Notes under the pieces: generated by a model
What the model saw: the letters and a program-made list of their open reading frames with translations, nothing else
What the model was told of the DNA's origin: nothing
Databases searched by the model: none
Assembly: GCA_049581225.1 (NCBI GenBank)
Contig: JBAURN010000139.1
Coordinates: 1-62,179 of the forward strand
Direction: 5' to 3'
DNA from: Solirubrobacteraceae bacterium
GTDB lineage: Bacteria; Actinomycetota; Thermoleophilia; Solirubrobacterales; Solirubrobacteraceae
DNA length: 62,179 bases
Position numbers and translations under genes: made by a program
Part shown: positions 56,094-62,179 of the stretch, piece by piece
Position numbering within the stretch: position 1 is the first letter of the stretch
How the letters are laid out: each line of letters opens with the position of its first letter

Positions 56094-57653
56094 CTAGTTG
56101 ACCTTGAGCGTGCCTTCCATGCCGGCCATGCGATGTCCCGGCACCGAGCAGAAGAACTTGTAGGTCCCCGGCTTCAGGTTCAAGTTCAGGGTCTTTGAGC
56201 CGCCCTGAAAGGTCGGTGTCGCTCCGACCTTTTCACCGGTAGCGGATTCGACCGTTACGTTGTGGCCCACGGGTGCCATGTTGGTGAAATCGATCGAGAC
56301 TTTGCCGGCCTTCGCGCTCAGCGATGTCGTGTTGTATTTGAGCTGGCCTTCGGCGTTTGCTTGGAGGCTCAGATTTTCTGTTGCGCCCGATGTTCCCGAG
56401 GAAGCTGCCGCCTTCGTGGAACTGGTGCTCGGCGCCGCTGAGGAGCTCGCGGACGCCGATTGGCCTTCGTGCAGGAGGTTGAGCGTGTTTTCGCCGTCGT
56501 CTACGAAATAGATGCCCTTGCCTTCGGGGGCGATCACCAAGCCGAATAGCGATCCAGCCCCGGTCTTCTTATCGGCGGTCTGTACGGCTACCTGCTGACC
56601 GGCGGGTGTCGTTTCGACCATGTTGCCATCACCACCGTTGCTCGTGATGATGTTGCCGTTCGGCGCGAGCACCATGCCGAGGGGTTCCTTGAGATGGCCG
56701 CCTTCGGTAAGGACGGCGCCGCCTTTCGCGGCAGGCGTCGTGCGTGTCATTGCTTCGGAGATCGCGAGGATCTTGCTGTCCTCGGTGGAGGCTACATACA
56801 GCGTCCCGTTGGAGGCGAGGGCGAGCCCGGTCGGGCCGAGCACCAGGGCTTCCGCTGAGTTGACCCAGGGGATGCCGTTGGCGATCACAGTTTCGCTCAG
56901 CACCTTCGGTGTCTGGTTTTCGCCGGATTCCAGTTCGATGCGCAGCACGGTCGAGTTGTTGATCGTTTTCTTGCCCTTCGCGGCACCACCGTTGAGCGCG
57001 TTGCTGACAAACAGGCTGGTCTTGGAGCCTTCGCTCTTGGCGGTCGAGTCCCAGGGACCCTGGATGTTATTGCCGGCGATCGTCTCGACTGCCTTGCCTT
57101 GGCTGTTGAGCACAATCAGGCAACCGTACTTTGCGGTCGCCGTCTTGCCATTGGTCGTCGGCAAGCTGCCCACGACGACGTATCCACCCGGCAGGACGTT
57201 CAGGGCCGTCGTCAGCCCGACGCCGCCGGGGCATGGGCCGGGGAGCGTCTTGGCGTCGATCCTCGCGAACAGCGAGACCTTCCCGCCGGGGCTGATCTGC
57301 ACAATCGTCGTGCCGGTGCCCTGACCGTTCTGCTTGGCGCTTTCCTTGGCGTTGAAGTTGCTTATCAGCATCTGGCCCGCCTGCAGCTTGCCCACACTGG
57401 TGGGCACGGTCACGATGCCATACGGATTGATGTCGCCGTTGGCCGGGACCGTCGAGGCGACCTTACTTACGCTGGTGAACTTGGCCAGGAACGGGCCTGA
57501 GCTCGATGTCGATTCAGCAGGCGCGCTGGCGCTCGCCGCTGCCGTTGTCGTGTTGGAGCTGCTGGTTTTGCTGGAGCTGCCACAGCCGGCGACAGCCAGC
57601 GCAACACCAACTAGAGCAAGGATCGACGTTCTAGGCACTGGGGTGTCTCCCAT
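56094..57653 (-). CDS. Lipoprotein: beta-propeller domain fused to a type-1 copper cupredoxin
   Basis: Lipobox VAGC; NPYG, GPWD, GPTGLA blades; GHNV...FCSVPGHRMAGM copper ligands. Confidence 0.8.
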   Translation of the reverse strand: MGDTPVPRTSILALVGVALAVAGCGSSSKTSSSNTTTAAASASAPAESTSSSGPFLAKFTSVSKVASTVPANGDINPYGIVTVPTSVGKLQAGQMLISNFNAKESAKQNGQGTGTTIVQISPGGKVSLFARIDAKTLPGPCPGGVGLTTALNVLPGGYVVVGSLPTTNGKTATAKYGCLIVLNSQGKAVETIAGNNIQGPWDSTAKSEGSKTSLFVSNALNGGAAKGKKTINNSTVLRIELESGENQTPKVLSETVIANGIPWVNSAEALVLGPTGLALASNGTLYVASTEDSKILAISEAMTRTTPAAKGGAVLTEGGHLKEPLGMVLAPNGNIITSNGGDGNMVETTPAGQQVAVQTADKKTGAGSLFGLVIAPEGKGIYFVDDGENTLNLLHEGQSASASSSAAPSTSSTKAAASSGTSGATENLSLQANAEGQLKYNTTSLSAKAGKVSIDFTNMAPVGHNVTVESATGEKVGATPTFQGGSKTLNLNLKPGTYKFFCSVPGHRMAGMEGTLKVN

Positions 57654-57901
57654 GGTTTCGAGGTATCGGACGAGACGGTTTCGGATCGCGGCGATCAGCA
57701 CACGGCCCGCCGTCGCGCGCGCTTCCTGTATGACTCCGCCCATCGCGGGATCCTTCCCAGCAAGCTTTCAAGCTTGTCCGCGCCGGGGCGGCCGTCTCTC
57801 CCGAGCGCCCTTGGGATACTCGCGTTTGCTTGCCGCAACGGGTAGATCAACAGCTTTCGACCTTGGTGCAGGCGCAGACCCCAGACATTTAGGCTCTGTC
57901 G

Positions 57902-59281
57902 ATGTTGCAGCCCGATAGCAGCGAGCAGGTGGCCGTGCAGCGACGGACGACGCTCGTCTCGATTGCCGCGGCCAGCTTGTTGGTCGTCCTCAAGCTCGGA
58001 GTGGGCTTGATAGCGGGCAGCCTGGCCTTGATCTCAGCCGGAATCGAGTCAAGCGGAGACGTCATTGCCGCGATCCTCACGTTCTTCGCTGTGCGTCTGG
58101 GCCGCCAGCCCGCGGACGTCGAGCATCCCTACGGGCACGCTCGTGCCGAGAATCTTGGAGCGCTCGGCGAGGCCGCCATCTTGTTGGCGGGCGGGCTGAT
58201 CGTCGCGGCCGAGGCGATCAGGCACCTCGTCAGTCCCAGTGGCACTCCCGACACGCGCTGGTATGTCTTTGTCGTCATCGGGATCTCGCTGGTGGTGGAC
58301 CTCGCCCGCACGGTCATCTCCATGCGTATCGCACGGCGCTACGGGAGCCCAGCCTTGCGCTCAAACGGCTTTCACTTCGCCGGAGACATGGCAGGCTCGA
58401 TGGCGGTTCTGATCGGGTTGCTGCTCGTGCGCGCAGGGTTCGTGCGAGGCGATGCGGGCGCCGCGCTCGTCATAGCGGTGATCATCCTCGCCACGGCGGT
58501 ACGGCTCATCAAGGAGAACGCGAACGTGCTGATGGACCGCACGCCGGCCGAGGCCAGAGAGGCGGCCGAGCGCGCGCTCACGCGCCTGGAACCCGACATC
58601 GAACTGGTTCGGCTGCGGCTGCGCGAGTCGGCCGGACGCTACTTCGCCGATGTGATCGTCACCGTCTCGCCTGGCGCCGCAGTGGTCGAGGGCCACCAGG
58701 CCGCGAACCGTGTGGAGGCGGCAATCGAGGGCGAGCTGCCCGGCAGCGATGTCGTCGTCCACGTCGAGCCGCGCCGCATCGGCCTCGACCTCCGCGACCG
58801 AGTGCTCGCAATCGCGCTGACCGAGCCGCTGGTCAAGGAAGTGCACGACATCACGATCTATGCGGAGAGCGGGTCCGCCAGCGTCTCGTTGCATCTGAAG
58901 TTCCCCGCTGATCTCGCCCTCCAAGAAGCGCTCGCGGTCACCGAGCACATCGAGCAGGCGATTCGCGCTCGCCCCGGCGTCAGTGGGGTGCAGACACACC
59001 TGGAGCCCCTGGAGCGTCCGCTGAGTGCCCAGCCAGCCACCGCAAGCGCCGACCTCGCTGCGACACGAGAGATCAAGCGCATCGTCCTCGAGCGGACGGG
59101 CAAGGAGCCACGTGGGACAGAGCTGCTTCGCACCGAAGCCGGTCGCATCATCTTCCTCACGCTAGGCGTCGGTCCCAACAGCTCCCTGGTCGATGCCCAC
59201 CAGCTGGCTGGCGAACTCGAGGAGGAGCTACGCCAACAGATTCCCGACATCGCTGACGTCATCGTCCACACCGAAACCTAG
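57902..59281 (+). CDS. Cation diffusion facilitator with three C-terminal ZT-dimer-like domains
   Basis: GSLALIS, HPYGH.RAE, HFAGD; VHVEP, THLEP, VHTET repeats. Confidence 0.9.
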   Translation: MLQPDSSEQVAVQRRTTLVSIAAASLLVVLKLGVGLIAGSLALISAGIESSGDVIAAILTFFAVRLGRQPADVEHPYGHARAENLGALGEAAILLAGGLIVAAEAIRHLVSPSGTPDTRWYVFVVIGISLVVDLARTVISMRIARRYGSPALRSNGFHFAGDMAGSMAVLIGLLLVRAGFVRGDAGAALVIAVIILATAVRLIKENANVLMDRTPAEAREAAERALTRLEPDIELVRLRLRESAGRYFADVIVTVSPGAAVVEGHQAANRVEAAIEGELPGSDVVVHVEPRRIGLDLRDRVLAIALTEPLVKEVHDITIYAESGSASVSLHLKFPADLALQEALAVTEHIEQAIRARPGVSGVQTHLEPLERPLSAQPATASADLAATREIKRIVLERTGKEPRGTELLRTEAGRIIFLTLGVGPNSSLVDAHQLAGELEEELRQQIPDIADVIVHTET

Positions 59282-59345
59282 ACCGCCGGGTGTGCCGCGA
59301 GCGTTCGTGTGGGTGGTGGCGAGCGTGTTGAGCTAGCTTTGGAGG

Positions 59346-59711
59346 ATGAGTGTGATTGGCCTTGATCATGTGCAGGTGGCGGCGCCGCGAGGTTGCGAGG
59401 CTGAGGCGCGGCGGTTCTATGGGGCTCTTCTTGGGCTGATGGAGGTCGAGAAGCCTGAGTCGCTTCGTGGGCGCGGCGGAGTCTGGTTTCGCTGTGGGGA
59501 GCAGCAGTTGCATGTTGGCGTCGAGGATGGCTTCGCGCCAGCGCGCAAGGCACACCCAGCGATGCGCGTAGCCGCGGGTGAGATCGACGTGCTTGCCGAT
59601 CGTCTGCGAGATGTCGGCGAGCAGGTGGTCTGGGATGAGGCGTTGGCCGGCGTCCGGCGGTTCTATTCGCAAGACCCGTGGGGCAACCGCGTCGAGCTGC
59701 TCTCGGCCTGA
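59346..59711 (+). CDS. VOC/glyoxalase family protein
   Basis: LDHVQVA, ARRFY, QLHVG, KAHPA, DPWGNRVE. Confidence 0.9.
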   Translation: MSVIGLDHVQVAAPRGCEAEARRFYGALLGLMEVEKPESLRGRGGVWFRCGEQQLHVGVEDGFAPARKAHPAMRVAAGEIDVLADRLRDVGEQVVWDEALAGVRRFYSQDPWGNRVELLSA

Positions 59712-60313
59712 TTCGATGCCTCATCACGGGAGGCTTGCCGACGGGGATCCGAGCGGGCCACGCGGTAGCGGAGGTAGACCACCTTCGAGCTGAAGGTGCG
59801 GGTCTCGACGAGCTCGAGATTCACCCGGCGCTCGCCCTGGGCAAAGAACGGGATGCCGCCCCCAACCAGTACCGGGCAGACTCTGGCGCGGTACTCGTCG
59901 ATCAGACCCAGCGCGGCCGCCTCGGCGGCGAGAGTCGCGCCGCCGATCGCGATGTTGCCCCTTCCCGGCTCGGCTTGCAACCGCGCGATCTCCTCCGACA
60001 GGCCGCCGGAGGCCAGACGGGCATTGCCCTGCACTGCCGAGAACGTGGTCGAGAACACCACCTTTGGGAGTTGCTTCCAGATCGCGGCCCATTCGAGCCT
60101 TGAGTCCTCGAGCGATGGATCTTGATCGGCGGTCTCCCAGTACAGCATCGTCTCGTACAGTCGTCGTCCCAACAGGTGGACGCCGACCTCTCGTATTTCG
60201 TCGGTGACGAAGCGAAAGACCTCCTCGTCGGGTGCAGTCCAGTCGAAGTCGCCGTCCGGCCCAGCGATGTAGCCGTCGAGTGAAACGCTCATCGAGTAGG
60301 TCACGCTGCGCAT
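59663..60313 (-). CDS. Dihydrofolate reductase/RibD C-terminal family protein
   Basis: SVSLDGYIAGP, LLGRRLYE, PKVVFS, GGATLA, LIDEY; the tail after RYRVAR may reflect a lost stop codon. Confidence 0.88.
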   Translation of the reverse strand: MRSVTYSMSVSLDGYIAGPDGDFDWTAPDEEVFRFVTDEIREVGVHLLGRRLYETMLYWETADQDPSLEDSRLEWAAIWKQLPKVVFSTTFSAVQGNARLASGGLSEEIARLQAEPGRGNIAIGGATLAAEAAALGLIDEYRARVCPVLVGGGIPFFAQGERRVNLELVETRTFSSKVVYLRYRVARSDPRRQASRDEASNQAESSSTRLPHGSCE

Positions 60314-60334
60314 CAGAAATCCTCCTCGGCAACG

Positions 60335-60670
60335 CTAGACGGGGCGACCGCCGGAAAGGCCGAACTGTCCCCTGCGCGGCTCTGGCACGAGCGCTTCGAA
60401 CTCCTGGTGGCGTTCGATGAAGGCTTTGACGAACGGGCAGAACGGCAGCACCGCGAGGCCGCGTCCGCGGGCGTCTTCGAGCGCGAAGTGGATCAGACGG
60501 TCGGCTAGTCCCCGACCCTGGTGGCGCTCGTCGACCTCCGTATGGACGAACGCGATCAGACCTGGCCGTGCCCGATAGGCGGTGAAGCCCACAACTTCAC
60601 CCTCGATCGAGACCTCGTAGCGCTCACGGTCGGGTGCGTCGGCTATTTCAATGGGCTCCTCTCTGGTCAC
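60335..60670 (-). CDS. GNAT family N-acetyltransferase (YjdJ-like)
   Basis: FVHTEV...GRGLA...PFCPFVKAFI. Confidence 0.88.
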   Translation of the reverse strand: MTREEPIEIADAPDRERYEVSIEGEVVGFTAYRARPGLIAFVHTEVDERHQGRGLADRLIHFALEDARGRGLAVLPFCPFVKAFIERHQEFEALVPEPRRGQFGLSGGRPV

Positions 60671-60719
60671 ACTCGCAAGGTCTACCGCATGGTCGCGATC
60701 GTCGCCCCATGGGATGCGA

Positions 60720-60905
60720 TCAAGACGGCGGGCGCCAACCTCGCTCGAGTGTCGTTTGACCCACCTCGATCAGGTAGCCGTCGGGATCGCGGATGTAGCA
60801 GCGCAGCTCGGTCTCGTGCTGCTTGGGCGGCGTCAGGAACTGGGCGCCCCGCCCGCTCCACTCCGCGTATACAGCTTGGATGTCGGCAACCCGGATGTTG
60901 AGACG
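60720..60905 (-). pseudogene. VOC family C-terminal fragment
   Basis: Manual translation LNIRVADIQAVYAEWSGRGAQFLTPPKQHETELRCYIRDPDGYLIEVGQT. Confidence 0.7.
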
Positions 60906-61024
60906 CTTGGGCCACGGGATTCAGTGTCCCCGACGGAAGTCGACAGGAGGATGGGTATCTCGGCGACCTGTTTCGCGCAGCCTTTTGAAAGCTGGCCACA
61001 GCCACATCAGATCCAAAATCGGGC

Positions 61025-61240
61025 TCACCTAATTGCGCGATATCCGAGGTAAAAGTGAAGCGCTGCCGGAGCGATGAACAGCAGTCCCCACCAAAGTTGC
61101 CGCGAGCACAGGTAGGCACCGAGGCCCAGGAGCCAGACAGCGACGCCGAAGCGCACGCTTGCAACGGCGCGACCGTGGCCTTGGGCGTATGCACCGACTC
61201 GTTTCATGCTCCAAGACCAGTGTAGGTCGACTGTGGCCAA
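61025..61240 (-). CDS. Small membrane protein
   Basis: 71 aa with two hydrophobic segments. Confidence 0.4.
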   Translation of the reverse strand: MATVDLHWSWSMKRVGAYAQGHGRAVASVRFGVAVWLLGLGAYLCSRQLWWGLLFIAPAALHFYLGYRAIR

Positions 61241-61288
61241 ACAGCCATCACCGTAGCCGGTACTTGACCTATCGGGAGTTCGCTCGGG

Positions 61289-61801
61289 TCAGGTGGCTCC
61301 GCGCGGATCGAGTCCGACGTTGTTGCAGCGCTCGCACACCTCTGCGGGGATCACACCGACGTCCATCAGCAGTGCAAACGCCTTGCAGCCCAGGCAGATA
61401 CCGAATACCGACTCGAGCGTGGCGGCCACGACGAGCAGGCCGAGCAGCACGTAGGAAGCGGTTGTCCAACCCGGCGCCAGCGCCAGCACCGCGGCGGACA
61501 CGGAGAAGGCGGCGCCGACACCTTGCGCGAAGCGCTTCGGCGGACCCGCCACCGGCCGTGGCGCCAGGTGGAGCCTGGGCGTGATCGCTCGGGTGGCCAA
61601 CTGGCCCAGGGGGCTCAGCGTGGGGCCCGTCAATATGCGCGCCACGAAGCCGTAAGCGATCGCGACAGTAAGCCATGGTTGCTCGAACGCGATCGCGGCA
61701 AGGCCCAGGAGCACTACACCGCCTGCGACCAGACGCGCCGACACCTCGTTCACCGGATTCGGGAAGGAGAAGAGCCGGTGGATCGCGTCGCCGCTAGGCA
61801 C
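61289..61801 (-). CDS. DUF4395 family membrane protein
   Basis: LFSFPNPVNE..AR, GPPKRFAQ, LESVFGICLGC. Confidence 0.85.
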   Translation of the reverse strand: MPSGDAIHRLFSFPNPVNEVSARLVAGGVVLLGLAAIAFEQPWLTVAIAYGFVARILTGPTLSPLGQLATRAITPRLHLAPRPVAGPPKRFAQGVGAAFSVSAAVLALAPGWTTASYVLLGLLVVAATLESVFGICLGCKAFALLMDVGVIPAEVCERCNNVGLDPRGAT

Positions 61802-62069
61802 GCACGCGGACCTGACTTCGGTCGCGTGTAGCCGAGCTGCTTCCTCGCCTCCGCCGTGTGGCTCGTGCGCGACGAGCGGCCTGCTCGACCTCGCCGGCCT
61901 GCTCACGGTCGGCGTCCTCGGCGTCGTTGATCGCCCAGGCGACCCGCTCGACGAACTGGGCCGCCGCGTGGTCGGTGCTCAGGTGGATCGACTGGACTCG
62001 CTCGTCGAGCCAGACAGGGGTGTTGGCAGGCAGCTGGGATGAGTCTGTGGTGATGATGATTCGTGGCAT
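61794..62069 (-). CDS. Hypothetical protein
   Basis: GAAGGAG RBS; MPRIIITTD...LDERV...FVERVAWAINDAE. Confidence 0.65.
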   Translation of the reverse strand: MPRIIITTDSSQLPANTPVWLDERVQSIHLSTDHAAAQFVERVAWAINDAEDADREQAGEVEQAARRARATRRRRGSSSATRDRSQVRVRA

Positions 62070-62179
62070 CAGGGCTCCTTCTCGAGACTTGGCGCTTGTG
62101 TGGTGGGTGGGCAAGGCATCCGCTCCGAAGGCGGCGGCCTTTGGGGTGGCGTACGGGGAGGGGGGGGGCACCAACCCCG

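Noticed and set aside
1..62179. CRISPR array or cas genes
   Set aside because: No regularly spaced repeat-spacer array or Cas motifs seen by eye

Overview
High-GC actinobacterial DNA, inferred to be Thermoleophilia/Solirubrobacterales-like. Housekeeping genes (1-4.5 kb: PLP aminotransferase, acyl-CoA ligase, Nif3-like) lead to tRNA-Pro(CGG) at 4648-4721. The last 42 nt of the tRNA plus 7 downstream nt are repeated exactly at 28809-28857, delimiting a ~24.1 kb integrated defence island. The island carries an intact tyrosine integrase, two paralogous Xis-like HTH genes flanking a PIN toxin-antitoxin pair, and a three-gene DUF6361-like/tandem-PLD/DUF429 operon. It also carries the best candidate for an undescribed system: a DISARM-like operon beside a divergent XRE regulator, drmE-drmA-drmB followed by a Zn-ribbon amino-methyltransferase (COG1743/DUF1156-like) and a small PD-(D/E)xK nuclease. 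This operon lacks both drmC and the 5mC methylase drmMII of canonical class 2. Past attR lie a second, dead integrase and a 33 kb accessory zone containing many gene fragments, a two-component system, a BlaI/M56 pair, GH5, GST, PPK2, SulP and a secreted cupredoxin/COG4315/CDF cluster. All family calls come from motif recognition by eye; no searches were run. Fragment boundaries are approximate.
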